A stretch of DNA of 51,638 bases. Origin: Ignavibacteriales bacterium. Its GTDB lineage: Bacteria > Bacteroidota > Ignavibacteria > T3Sed10-11. The stretch spans positions 1-51,638 of the forward strand of contig PWYR01000073.1 in NCBI GenBank assembly GCA_003567775.1. The letters run 5' to 3'. The position numbers and the translations under genes were made by a program. Below, piece after piece: positions 37,560-47,553 of the stretch. The notes under the pieces are model-generated. The model saw only the letters and a program-made list of their open reading frames with translations, was not told the DNA's origin and did not search any database. Within the stretch, counting starts at the first letter, position 1. The number at the start of each line of letters is the position of its first letter.

Positions 37560-39254
37560 TTAGTGGAGGAGTTTTTCCAATTTATTGATTATATCATCAA
37601 TAGCTACTACCGAACGCTTACCCGTCCGGCGAACCTTAACCTCAACATTACCATCCTTCAAATTCTTCTCACCGATTATTATTTGAACCGGCATACCGAG
37701 CAGATCGGCGTCCTTGAATTTAAAACCGGCAGTCACATCATTGCGGTCATCGAATACAACCTCATAGTTGTTATCGAGCAGGATCTGATAAATATTTTCC
37801 GATGCTTCGCGTACATTCTCATTCTTCATATTCAAACCGATTATATGGATGTGGAAAGGCGCTATCGATTCATCCCAGATAAGACCGTTCTCATCGTGAT
37901 TCTGTTCGATATGGCTTGCAATAATTCGTTCAACACCGATGCCGTAGCTTCCCATAATGATCGGCTTTTCCTCGCCTTTTTCATTAAGGAAATATGCTTT
38001 TAGATCCTCGGCATATTTTGTCCCGAGCTTAAAAATATGACCGACCTCTATCGCGTTTACGACACGAAGTGGTTGACCGCACTGAACGCACGGTTCATTT
38101 TCTTTTACTTCACGCAGGTCATAATAGCCGTCTAATTTCACATCACGAACAAAGTCGACATTACCAATGTGATAATCGTCTTTATTTGCACCGCTGATTA
38201 AGCCGTTCGCATCTTTCACTCTGTTATCGGCTATGGTCTTAAAATTCTTTAATCCGATAGGACCGAGCGAACCCGAATGTGCGCCTGTAAACTGCACAAT
38301 CTCATCGGGGCGCATCGGGCGGATGTTGGGTCCGAGTGCACTTGAGAGTTTCGTCTCATTTAACTGGTCATTTCCGACCATCAATACAAGTATCGGCGTT
38401 TTATTATCCTGCATGTAGACGAGCGATTTCGCCAATTTTTCGGCAGGTACATTTAAAAACTCAACAAGCTCGTCAATTGTACGTACATTAGGCGTATGAA
38501 TTTCTTCAAGCCGGAGGTCGCCCTCCGCCCGTGGCAGAGGAGGAACATTCGAAACCGCGACTTCAACATTTGCTGCATAACCGCAATCCGGACAGACAGC
38601 ACACGTATCTTCACCGGATTCCGATTCGACCATAAATTCCTGCGAACCGGAACCACCCATAGCGCCGCTCGACGCACCGACGATAAAGAATTTCAATCCG
38701 CAACGAGAGAATATCTTTTTGTATGCTTCGGCATGTTTATCATAGCTCTTATCCAATCCTTCCCATGAGAAATCCATGCTATAGGAATCTTTCATTAAGA
38801 ATTGTCTTCCGCGAAGCACACCCGACCGGGGGCGGGGTTCATTTCGAAATTTTGTCTGGATTTGATACCATATTTGCGGCAAATCACGGTATGACCTGAG
38901 GAAGTTCTTTGCGATCGAACAGATCACTTCTTCGTGCGTCGGCGCAAGAACCATCGGGCGGTTTTTTACATGAAACATAATATCGCCAAAATCATCTACA
39001 CGCCCGGTTTCCTGCCACAATTCGATTGGATTCAACGCCGGTAGAAAAACCTCCTGCCCGCCGATTGCATTCATCTCTTCTCGAATAATCTGCATAACCT
39101 TATGCATAATACGTTGACCGACAGGCAAATGCGAGTACACACCGGCAGCGAGAGGACGAATGAGTCCTGCACGCAGCATAAGTATATGACTTGGGATCGT
39201 AGCATCTACGGGAACTTCTTTTTGCGTGGGGAAAAATGATGTGCTGAATTTCAC
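37560..39254 (-). CDS. proS: Proline--tRNA ligase (bacterial type with editing domain)
   Basis: PTHEE, QIQTKFRNEPRPRSG, MKDSYS, EVGHIFKLG and MGSYGIG; 564 aa. Confidence 0.97.
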   Translation of the reverse strand: MKFSTSFFPTQKEVPVDATIPSHILMLRAGLIRPLAAGVYSHLPVGQRIMHKVMQIIREEMNAIGGQEVFLPALNPIELWQETGRVDDFGDIMFHVKNRPMVLAPTHEEVICSIAKNFLRSYRDLPQIWYQIQTKFRNEPRPRSGVLRGRQFLMKDSYSMDFSWEGLDKSYDKHAEAYKKIFSRCGLKFFIVGASSGAMGGSGSQEFMVESESGEDTCAVCPDCGYAANVEVAVSNVPPLPRAEGDLRLEEIHTPNVRTIDELVEFLNVPAEKLAKSLVYMQDNKTPILVLMVGNDQLNETKLSSALGPNIRPMRPDEIVQFTGAHSGSLGPIGLKNFKTIADNRVKDANGLISGANKDDYHIGNVDFVRDVKLDGYYDLREVKENEPCVQCGQPLRVVNAIEVGHIFKLGTKYAEDLKAYFLNEKGEEKPIIMGSYGIGVERIIASHIEQNHDENGLIWDESIAPFHIHIIGLNMKNENVREASENIYQILLDNNYEVVFDDRNDVTAGFKFKDADLLGMPVQIIIGEKNLKDGNVEVKVRRTGKRSVVAIDDIINKLEKLLH

Positions 39255-39392
39255 GTTCTATCTATTTCTCCTATTTGGTTAAACTCCACATTATTGTAAT
39301 ACTATTAAATGCAATACAATTTAGGGCAAGACTATTCTTACTATATGTTTTTAATTGTTTTGCCTAATATATTCTATTGCGGCTTTGCTGCA

Positions 39393-40601
39393 TTAGGTGC
39401 TATTTAGATTAATAAGCGTTGCGCTTATGACTTCATCTGAACGTTTGCGTATTTCTTCCAACATTTCATCGGACGGGCTGGCGTCAAGCTGAATGGTACA
39501 ACAAGCGGCGATCTTACCATCAAATATAACATTTTCCATTTCTTCGGCATTAATATCACCCTGCTTTAATACTGCCAATACATTCGCAAGTACACCCGGC
39601 TTATCATAATGCCGGACGATAAGCTGCCACTGAGCTTCGGTCGCCTTGCATCGGTTAACCCAATTCCGTACCCGCCCTTCCTGTACATACTCCCTAACGA
39701 TCGAGACTGCGTCATCGGCAACTGCGTTTTGAGCTTGTTCTGTCGAAGCACCGATATGATGTGTCACATAAATGTTTTTTACGTGTTGCAGCTTGCTTGA
39801 GAATTCACCCTCTTTTTGTTCCGGCTCGTCGTTAAAGACATCTATACCTGCTTTAATTTTTCCCGCTTCGGCTGCCTCAATCAAAGCGTCTTCATCAACA
39901 ACCTCGGCGCGCGCCGTGTTAATAAAAATCGTACCGGGTTTCATACGCCCGATAATATCTCTGGAAATGATGCCTTTCGTCTCCGGTTTCAATGCGAGAT
40001 GTACGGAAACAATATCACATAATTCCACCAGATCTCCAATAGATTTACAGAATTGAACACCTATTTTCTCGGCATACTGTGGAGTTAATGATCGCGACCA
40101 GGCATACACATCGATTCCACACGATTGTGCCCGTTTGATTAACTCCAGACCGATTTTCCCGGTACCCACAACACCAAGTTTTTTCCCGAATAAACCGTCG
40201 GCTTTTGAATACAACGCTTTATTCCACTTACCATTTCTGAAATCGATAACATTATCGGGTATCTTCCGGTCGATGGCAAGAATTAATCCCATTGCAAGCT
40301 CGGCTACGGCGATGGAATTCTTGCCGGGGCAATTGGCAATGTATATGCCTTTCGCGCTTGCGGCTTTGAGATCGATATTGTTAACTCCCGCACCGGCGCG
40401 AATGATTAAGCTTAACTCGCTGCTATTAGATATACATTTTTCATTTACAACAGTTGAACGAACTATAACAATGGTTGCATCGTTGATTGCCTCTACAAGA
40501 TCGTCTGCCCCCAATTTGGGATTATAATCGACATCAACATTCAGGGATTTCAGCTTATCAATATATTGTTCCGGGAATTTATCAGCCACCACTATTTTCA
40601 T
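39393..40601 (-). CDS. D-3-phosphoglycerate dehydrogenase-like 2-hydroxyacid dehydrogenase with C-terminal ACT domain
   Basis: RAGAGVNNID, GTGKIG, INTAR, HIGASTEQAQ and ACT-like DKPGVLA. Confidence 0.85.
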   Translation of the reverse strand: MKIVVADKFPEQYIDKLKSLNVDVDYNPKLGADDLVEAINDATIVIVRSTVVNEKCISNSSELSLIIRAGAGVNNIDLKAASAKGIYIANCPGKNSIAVAELAMGLILAIDRKIPDNVIDFRNGKWNKALYSKADGLFGKKLGVVGTGKIGLELIKRAQSCGIDVYAWSRSLTPQYAEKIGVQFCKSIGDLVELCDIVSVHLALKPETKGIISRDIIGRMKPGTIFINTARAEVVDEDALIEAAEAGKIKAGIDVFNDEPEQKEGEFSSKLQHVKNIYVTHHIGASTEQAQNAVADDAVSIVREYVQEGRVRNWVNRCKATEAQWQLIVRHYDKPGVLANVLAVLKQGDINAEEMENVIFDGKIAACCTIQLDASPSDEMLEEIRKRSDEVISATLINLNST

Positions 40602-40691
40602 GGCCGTTCTCCTTTCTTGTCGTTATACTTTTCGGGATGGTCGATGTAGAAGTTACATTATCCTGTAATATACGATAAAAAGAGAAAAATG

Positions 40692-41939
40692 TCACCTCAC
40701 ATCAAACTCGAGCACTTCGTATGCTTTTCGCAATGATTGTTCTACTATAAATGGGTCTTTTGCACGAGCAAAGATAAAGCCGGGATATTTACTCCTCTCC
40801 GGCAGCGGCACAAGCTCTTGACCGATATGAGCAGAAATGATCAAATCGGAAATTTCCGGTATTTTTTTTGCCGCTTCAACCCCACGAACACCCTGTAAAG
40901 TTCCCCGACGCGGAGCCGGAATCATCATCACGCCCGATGCATCGGATTCGCGATGTATTGAGTCTATCGAATTATTCAGTGCGTTTCGAATAATCAACTC
41001 TTCAAGTGAAACAATCCGGTCAGGCCGGTTGGCATCCTGAAATCGCAGCGCTTGCGAACAATAGCCGCCTATCGAGCGTGCGGCTATTTCTATTATATAA
41101 TTACCCGACTCATTAAATCGGATCTCGGCATGAAAAGGACCCCGGCTGAGTCCTATTGCGTGCACTGCTTGCTTGGTTAATTCGATTATATCTGTCAGCG
41201 TATCGGGATTATGACGTGACGGCGTCGTATAAATTGTTTCCTCAAAATAAGGACCGGTTAACCGATCGGGTTTGTCGAAGATAGCAAGGATTTTACAGTC
41301 ATTGTCGGTAATCAATCCCTCGACGGCTATTTCATCTCCCTCTATAAATTCCTCGATAAGAACAAACCGGGAATCATGTGTTAATTCCTTCTTGTTAATC
41401 GTATCAAGAATTTTTCTAACTCTATAAAAAGCATTCTGAAGCTCGTTTTTATCATTTACTTTTATCACACCGCGACTGCCCGATAACGCGACTGGCTTGA
41501 GTACAGCCGGAAACGATATATTTCCCGGAAGATATTCAGAATTTTCATCAATCGAAACTCTTATATACGATGGTTGCGGTACAGCATGCTGAGATAAAAA
41601 CTCCCGCATAATATATTTGTTGCGGGTAGCAGATACGGAAATAATTGTATTGTGGGGCAAACCTAATTCCTCGGCTATCGCTGATGCAGCGACAACCGAT
41701 TGATCATCGACACCGATAACCGCGTCAATTCGGTATGACTGTGAAAATGTACTTGCCGATTCAACAGCACGGGCGATATCATAAATATCTATTGACAATA
41801 ATCCTGCAGGGTTCATTTCAGCAAGAGTGCTCCTGTGATCCGAACCGACAGTGACTTCGACATTTATTGAACGAGCTGCTTCAATAAACGCGGTCGTCCG
41901 GTATGACGTAGCGGGTATTAATAACAGGATCCTGTACAT
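40692..41939 (-). CDS. ATP-grasp domain protein (amino-acid/peptide ligase-like)
   Basis: RNKYIMR, FPAVLKP, SGSRGV, LIEEFIEG, FHAEIR and IEIAAR. Confidence 0.88.
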   Translation of the reverse strand: MYRILLLIPATSYRTTAFIEAARSINVEVTVGSDHRSTLAEMNPAGLLSIDIYDIARAVESASTFSQSYRIDAVIGVDDQSVVAASAIAEELGLPHNTIISVSATRNKYIMREFLSQHAVPQPSYIRVSIDENSEYLPGNISFPAVLKPVALSGSRGVIKVNDKNELQNAFYRVRKILDTINKKELTHDSRFVLIEEFIEGDEIAVEGLITDNDCKILAIFDKPDRLTGPYFEETIYTTPSRHNPDTLTDIIELTKQAVHAIGLSRGPFHAEIRFNESGNYIIEIAARSIGGYCSQALRFQDANRPDRIVSLEELIIRNALNNSIDSIHRESDASGVMMIPAPRRGTLQGVRGVEAAKKIPEISDLIISAHIGQELVPLPERSKYPGFIFARAKDPFIVEQSLRKAYEVLEFDVR

Positions 41940-41966
41940 ACGGGTTGGTTATTTATCCGATATCGA

Positions 41967-42980
41967 TTACGAATCGATACGCAAAACCAGCTTCCCGAAT
42001 TGTGCTGTATCTTCCATTCGGGAATGCGCTTTGAATGCTTCCTCAAGAGGTAGAATTGAATCTACTACCGGTTTAAGATCATTGTTCGAGTACAAGCGCA
42101 GCATATTTTCGAAATCACCCGGCGATCCCATTGTAGAGCCGAATATATTGAGCTGTTTCCAGAAAATCCGGCGGACGGTTACATTATCGGAAGGACCGAG
42201 CGTCGCGCCGTACATTACAATCGCTCCTCCCGGTTTAACAACATCGAGAATCGCATCGAAATTTTCGCCGCCGGCGCTATCCACCACAACATCTATTCCA
42301 CTGTTGCCGGTCATTTCCTTTAATTCATTTATCCATTGATCGTGTTTATAATTAACGCCCCCCTCGGCGCCGATCTTTTTTGCGCGGTCAAGTTTTTCAT
42401 CACTGTGTGACGTAACAAAGACACGGGCGCCTAATATTTTCGCAATTTGAAGCGCAAAACACGCTACTCCACCACCGATACCTGTTATCAACACCGTCTG
42501 TCCTTTTTGAATATTCGCCCGTGAAACAACCGCACGATATGCCGTCAACCCCGCAAGCGGAATTGCGGCTGCCTCTTCCCGGGTAAGATTATTCGGCTTA
42601 TCGTAAACATTTTCAACGGGAATCGCAACATATTCTGCATAGGTCCCGTTATCGGGTAAGCCGAGTATTCGAAAATCGTCCCGTTGCACCCGTTCGCTGT
42701 CTCCCCAATTCAAACAAGGATTAATAACTACTTCTTTTCCAACCAGCGATGAATCAACGCCAGCACCCGTTTCGGCGACTATGCCGGCTCCGTCGGATCC
42801 GATTATGACGGGTAATTTAATTCCTGCATACCTTCCTCTCCGAATCCACACATCGCGGCGGTTGAGTGCGGCCGCTTTCAATTGAACGACAACCTCACCC
42901 TCTTTCGGGGCGGGGTCGGCAAACTCCTCAACTTTCAGTTGATCGGGTTCACCAAGCTCATGAAGGACAACAGCTTTCAT
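41967..42980 (-). CDS. MDR-superfamily NAD(P)H quinone oxidoreductase-like protein
   Basis: ALNRRD, GSDGAG, AAAIPLAGLTAYRA, GIGGGVA and FGKLVL. GGAG RBS favours ATG 42980 (alternative GTG 42986). Confidence 0.88.
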   Translation of the reverse strand: MKAVVLHELGEPDQLKVEEFADPAPKEGEVVVQLKAAALNRRDVWIRRGRYAGIKLPVIIGSDGAGIVAETGAGVDSSLVGKEVVINPCLNWGDSERVQRDDFRILGLPDNGTYAEYVAIPVENVYDKPNNLTREEAAAIPLAGLTAYRAVVSRANIQKGQTVLITGIGGGVACFALQIAKILGARVFVTSHSDEKLDRAKKIGAEGGVNYKHDQWINELKEMTGNSGIDVVVDSAGGENFDAILDVVKPGGAIVMYGATLGPSDNVTVRRIFWKQLNIFGSTMGSPGDFENMLRLYSNNDLKPVVDSILPLEEAFKAHSRMEDTAQFGKLVLRIDS

Positions 42981-43009
42981 TCTCACTCCGTAACTTTATA
43001 TTCTTCTGT

Positions 43010-43606
43010 TTATTTATTAGATGGAGCGTAATACGGATTTGCACCGGATGCGTGATCGGTCACGTCAAGAATGCTTCCTACCTGCGGGATAAATTGGCGG
43101 ATCATTTTTTCAATGCCCTGGCGCAATGTAACATTAGCCATTCCACATCCCTGACATCCTCCTCCAAGTTGCAGATACACATTATTCTTCTTCACGTCGA
43201 TTAAATCAACAAAACCGCCGTGTGAAGCGACGGCAGGATTTATCTGAGTTTCGAGAAGCTCTTTCACTTTGTTTCGTATCTCTTCCTCGGAGGGAAGATT
43301 TTTCTCGACATCCGCCGATATCGCCGGTGTGCCGGACTGCAATTGTGTCCGGATCATTGCACCGACCTGTTTTGCAAGCGGCATCCAGTCCTCGTTGTCG
43401 GCTTTTGTAACCTTAACGATATTGTCATGCACCAAGACCGAAGATATGTTCGGTAAGTCAAAGATTTTTTCGGCAAGCGGCGATCCTTCTGCTTCTTTCT
43501 TGGCGGCAAAATATACCGCACCGTTTTCGTAAACAGGTCTGTCGACGGTGAATTGACACACTTCCTGTGATGCTACTTGAGCTTGAATTTTAATTTCATC
43601 TGCCAT
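43010..43606 (-). CDS. NfuA/NifU-type Fe-S carrier (Nfu N-terminal scaffold plus NifU-C domain)
   Basis: SPLAEKIF in the N-terminal domain; INPAVASHGG and GGCQGC (CxxC). Confidence 0.9.
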   Translation of the reverse strand: MADEIKIQAQVASQEVCQFTVDRPVYENGAVYFAAKKEAEGSPLAEKIFDLPNISSVLVHDNIVKVTKADNEDWMPLAKQVGAMIRTQLQSGTPAISADVEKNLPSEEEIRNKVKELLETQINPAVASHGGFVDLIDVKKNNVYLQLGGGCQGCGMANVTLRQGIEKMIRQFIPQVGSILDVTDHASGANPYYAPSNK

Positions 43607-43626
43607 AATGTATTCATCCTTTTTAG

Positions 43627-45051
43627 TTATATACTAATTTGATTTTTCATTGGTTCTGCACAACAAAACCACGGTTCCGTTAATCGCGGTGCCTTTTCGC
43701 GATCTTCAAACTCTGGATAAACAAACTGTCCCGGCGGTCGTTGATCACGGGCTTCGTATGCCGCCTCCCGTATTAACTTGAACGTAATCGCTGTATCACG
43801 TCGAGGACACGCAGCGTCCTCAACAATCTGTGACACACGTTTATGTAATTCATCCATTCTCGGATCGGGGTGTTTCCACTTAAAATACAACGATGCTTTA
43901 TCAAGTTCGCCCAGATAGGGCTGAATTTCCTTCTGTTCCAACAATCGGGAATCCGGTGGAATAAGCAAACGTATGGATAATTGAACCGGGTCAACATTAT
44001 CAATTAAATATTCTTTGTAGACAAATTCAACCATTTCTATATAATCGTCGAGCGTTGTCCAGGGGGTAAATGCTACCCATGTCGGTCTCAAAGCTATTTC
44101 TGCACTTCTCACGATATCAAGCGCCCGGAATACATCTTCGCGTGTGTGTCCTTTGGCGAGATATTTCAAAACCGTATTGTTCAAAGACTCAACAGCCGAA
44201 ATAATGAAAATACAGCCGGTTTTTTGAAATTCAGGTATTAACCCGGCATGCTTGATCAGATGCTCCACCTTTGCTGTAAAATCGAATGTCAGATGCGGAA
44301 ATTCATCACTCATCCTGCGTACTATTCTTAACGAGTGAGTAGGTCCATTTAGAAAATCCGGATCCCCGAAAGTTATGTGTTTCGCTCCCATTTCGACTTG
44401 CTGACGGATATCGTCTATGATAACATCTATTGGAACAGCAAAAAACCTACCATGATATACAGCAGGGATTGGACAATGCAAACAGTGATGTAAACAACCG
44501 CGGGTGGTTTCAACATATCCGACTAATTTTTCGGCGCCATTCCATTCAAGCTTTGCGTATTTTTCAAGCGGTGGGAGTGCTTTTCTGTTTGTGGATGGAA
44601 ATGATAGACGCTTTAAATATGGTGCGCGTTTCAATTTCACCGAGTCCGCAACGGGTCGGGACATTACCGAACGTGATTCCACCTGCTGAACAATCTGAAC
44701 GAGTTCGTTTTCGTATTCGCCGCCTATTACCGAGTCAGCCACAGTTTCAAGCAAATAGTCTGCGTTAAGGGTTGCGTACATACCATAAAAGCAGATATGA
44801 CAATTCTGATTAAGCCGACGAATCTTCTCTGCGGCAGAGATACCGATACGCATTGCCGTGTGCATAGGCGTTGAGATTCCAACAAATAGTGCACGACGGA
44901 TAACCTCTTCATCCAATTTATCAATACCGATATCGAGTGCTACCGGCGAAAATCCTTCCTGTTCAAGAAATCCCATCGGCATCGCGAGACCGACCGGTTG
45001 ATGACCAAGCTCATAACACGATATCAATACAATAGCACCTGGTTCACGCAT
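43627..45051 (-). CDS. Radical SAM enzyme with B12-binding-like N-terminal domain and CCAEP C-terminal tail
   Basis: ETTRGCLHHCLHCP (CxxxCxxC), ITFGDPDF, N-terminal ISCYELGHQP and C-terminal TEPWFCCAEP (TGT TGT). ATG 45051 avoids overlap with the upstream A-type carrier gene. Confidence 0.88.
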   Translation of the reverse strand: MREPGAIVLISCYELGHQPVGLAMPMGFLEQEGFSPVALDIGIDKLDEEVIRRALFVGISTPMHTAMRIGISAAEKIRRLNQNCHICFYGMYATLNADYLLETVADSVIGGEYENELVQIVQQVESRSVMSRPVADSVKLKRAPYLKRLSFPSTNRKALPPLEKYAKLEWNGAEKLVGYVETTRGCLHHCLHCPIPAVYHGRFFAVPIDVIIDDIRQQVEMGAKHITFGDPDFLNGPTHSLRIVRRMSDEFPHLTFDFTAKVEHLIKHAGLIPEFQKTGCIFIISAVESLNNTVLKYLAKGHTREDVFRALDIVRSAEIALRPTWVAFTPWTTLDDYIEMVEFVYKEYLIDNVDPVQLSIRLLIPPDSRLLEQKEIQPYLGELDKASLYFKWKHPDPRMDELHKRVSQIVEDAACPRRDTAITFKLIREAAYEARDQRPPGQFVYPEFEDREKAPRLTEPWFCCAEPMKNQISI

Positions 45052-45088
45052 ACTTTTTGTTGGCGCCGGGCAAGTTTTTATAATGTGA

Positions 45089-45475
45089 TCAAACTCCGAA
45101 CGAACTTCCGCACCCGCAGGATTTGGTTGCCGTTGGATTATTGAATACAAACCCCCGTCCGTTTAATCCATCGGTATAATCAAGCACCGTGCCGCGCAAG
45201 TACATCAGACTTCGTTCATCGACAAGGACTTTTACACCTTGTTCTTCAATGACAATATCACCCTCGCGCGCTCCTTCTTCAAAGGCCAGCATATACGACA
45301 ATCCCGAGCAGCCGCCCCCTTTTACACCTACCCGAAGAGCATGTTCCTCAGGTATATTATTCTCTTTCTTAATTTTTCCTATTTCCTCGGCTGCTTTTTC
45401 GGTTAATTCAATATCTTTCTGCACCTCCATACCCGGTACAGTAATAGGGTTGTTAGCATTTGGTGTATCAGACAT
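45089..45475 (-). CDS. A-type Fe-S carrier (IscA/SufA/HesB)
   Basis: LRVGVKGGGCSGLSY and NPTATKSCGCGSSF. Confidence 0.95.
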   Translation of the reverse strand: MSDTPNANNPITVPGMEVQKDIELTEKAAEEIGKIKKENNIPEEHALRVGVKGGGCSGLSYMLAFEEGAREGDIVIEEQGVKVLVDERSLMYLRGTVLDYTDGLNGRGFVFNNPTATKSCGCGSSFGV

Positions 45476-45503
45476 AATAAATCCTCCCTTTAAAAATCGT
45501 TAA

Positions 45504-45815
45504 TTATAATCCAAGTTCGAGTCGTGCTTCTTCACTCATCATTTCCGGATTCCATGGCGGATCCCACACAACATCCACTTTTACCTCATTCACACCCTCT
45601 ACGTTTTTAACTCTTTGTTCAACATCCTTAGGCAATGTACCGGCAACCGGACATGCCGGGGACGTCAGGGTCATACGAACGTTTACATTGAAATCGCCGT
45701 CAATATGGACATCATAAATCAGTCCAAGCTCATAAATGTTTACCGGTATTTCAGGATCATAACATGTCCTGATCATATCGATTATCTGTTTTTTTAATAA
45801 TTCTCTGTCAGCCAT
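45504..45815 (-). CDS. sufT: DUF59/SufT Fe-S maturation protein
   Basis: YDPEIPVNIYELGLIY, MTLTSPACP and WDPPW. Confidence 0.9.
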   Translation of the reverse strand: MADRELLKKQIIDMIRTCYDPEIPVNIYELGLIYDVHIDGDFNVNVRMTLTSPACPVAGTLPKDVEQRVKNVEGVNEVKVDVVWDPPWNPEMMSEEARLELGL

Positions 45816-45820
45816 AACTG

Positions 45821-46276
45821 TTATTTTTCAGTAGATACAACATGTTCTTTATTTTCGAGCGCAGCACGTAATGTGTGCCACGCAAGACTTGCGCACTTGA
45901 CTCTCGCCGGGAATTCACTGACACCCGAAAATACAGCAAGCTTACCGATCCGGTCAAGCTCTTCAATCGGGTCGGATTCACCCATTACCAGTTTATGAAA
46001 AAGTTTTCCTAACTCTTCCGCCTCTTCCTTTGTTTTGCCCTTGAGCAGAGAACTCATAACCGAAGCAGAAGCTTTCGATATTGCACAACCCGCACCTTCA
46101 AAAGCCACTTCTTGAATGATGTCATCTTCGACGCGCAAATAAATATTATAATGATCGCCGCACAGGGGATTATATCCCTCGGCGTGGCGGTTAGCGTTTT
46201 CAAGCTTCTTGAAATTACGCGGGTTTTTGTTATGATCCAGGATAATTTCCTGGTACAACGATTTTAATTCAGACAT
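45821..46276 (-). CDS. sufU: SUF system NifU-family protein SufU
   Basis: LYQEIILDH, NPLCGD, GCAISKASAS and RVKCA. ATG 46276 overlaps the sufS stop (TAATG). Confidence 0.94.
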   Translation of the reverse strand: MSELKSLYQEIILDHNKNPRNFKKLENANRHAEGYNPLCGDHYNIYLRVEDDIIQEVAFEGAGCAISKASASVMSSLLKGKTKEEAEELGKLFHKLVMGESDPIEELDRIGKLAVFSGVSEFPARVKCASLAWHTLRAALENKEHVVSTEK

Positions 46277-47538
46277 TATCGAAAGATTTTTTTCGCCTTT
46301 TCGATGCTCCGAATAAGCGCATCTACTTCGTCTTTTGTATTGTACATAGCAAACGATGCACGTGCAGTTGCCGGGATTCCAAACCGCTGCATTACCGGCT
46401 GCGTACAATGATGACCTGTCCTTATTGCAACACCTTCGGAGTCGATAATTGTTCCAATATCGTGCGGGTGCACGTCTTCAAGCATAAACGATATAACCGC
46501 CGATTTATTTTTTGCAGCGCCTATCATTCTCAGTCCATCGACGGATAACAACGCTTGTGTAGCGTATGCAAGCAGGTCTTGCTCGTAGGCATAAATATTA
46601 TCAATCCCAATTTTATTAATGTAATCAGATGCGGCGCCGAGTGCAGTAGCGCCCGCGATATTCGGTGTACCCGCCTCAAACTTATATGGAAGATCGTTAT
46701 ATATTGTTTTCTCAAAAGTAACCGACTTGATCATATCGCCGCCTCCTTGATACGGCGACATATTTTCGAGATACTCACTTTTCCCGTATAAAACACCGAT
46801 ACCCGTCGGTCCGAACATCTTGTGCCCTGAAAAAACATAGAAATCACAATTTAAATCCTGCACGTCGAGCTTCATATGAGAAACAGTCTGCGCGCCATCG
46901 ATCAATACCGGTATATCGTGTGCGTGCGCCATTTCGATCATTTGCTTTACCGGGTTCACCGTACCGAGTGAATTCGATATATGTACAAGCGACACAAACT
47001 TTACTTTCGGAGAGAGCATTTTCTCGTACTCTTCCAGAATGATCTCCCCCTTATCATTGATCGGCGCCACGCGAAGAATTGCACCTGTTTCCTGACACAC
47101 TATCTGCCACGGCACAATGTTCGAGTGATGCTCCATTCCGGTAATGAGAATCTCTTCACCCGCATTTATCCTCTTCTTCACAAAGCTATTCGCAACAAGA
47201 TTGATCCCCTCGGTTGTTCCCCGGACAAAAATAATCTCCTGAGTTTGCTGCGCATTAATAAATCCACATAAATTTTTCCGGCTATTTTCATACCCCTCGG
47301 TTGCTTTCTGGCTCAGGTAGTGGACACCGCGGTGTATATTCGAATTATCTTCGAGATAATAACGCCGTAAAGAATCAACTACACACATCGGTTTCTGGGT
47401 GGTGGCGGCATTATCGAGATATACGAGGGGCTTCCCGTTGACTTTCCGGTTCAGTATCGGAAAATCAGACCGTATACTCCATACATCGAATGGATCTTTC
47501 GATCTTAGGGGAGTCAGTGTTTCAACCGCTGCTTTCAT
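46276..47538 (-). CDS. sufS: Cysteine desulfurase SufS
   Basis: YLDNAATTQKP, EHHSN, SGHK (PLP Lys) and RTGHHC. Confidence 0.96.
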   Translation of the reverse strand: MKAAVETLTPLRSKDPFDVWSIRSDFPILNRKVNGKPLVYLDNAATTQKPMCVVDSLRRYYLEDNSNIHRGVHYLSQKATEGYENSRKNLCGFINAQQTQEIIFVRGTTEGINLVANSFVKKRINAGEEILITGMEHHSNIVPWQIVCQETGAILRVAPINDKGEIILEEYEKMLSPKVKFVSLVHISNSLGTVNPVKQMIEMAHAHDIPVLIDGAQTVSHMKLDVQDLNCDFYVFSGHKMFGPTGIGVLYGKSEYLENMSPYQGGGDMIKSVTFEKTIYNDLPYKFEAGTPNIAGATALGAASDYINKIGIDNIYAYEQDLLAYATQALLSVDGLRMIGAAKNKSAVISFMLEDVHPHDIGTIIDSEGVAIRTGHHCTQPVMQRFGIPATARASFAMYNTKDEVDALIRSIEKAKKIFR

Positions 47539-47553
47539 AAATAAACACCCGAA

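Noticed and set aside
43627-43690. Selenocysteine readthrough in the rSAM tail
   Set aside because: The codons are TGT TGT and the stop is TAA, so no UGA recoding occurs in this copy.
45052-45150. N-terminal extension of the radical SAM ORF overlapping the A-type carrier gene
   Set aside because: It overlaps the conserved CGCGSSF end of that gene, and family-like sequence starts only after ATG 45051.
46277-46408. Cys-rich N-terminal extension of SufU (CTCIVC)
   Set aside because: It is an alternative frame of the sufS 3' end. The coupled TAATG start at 46276 gives a normal SufU.
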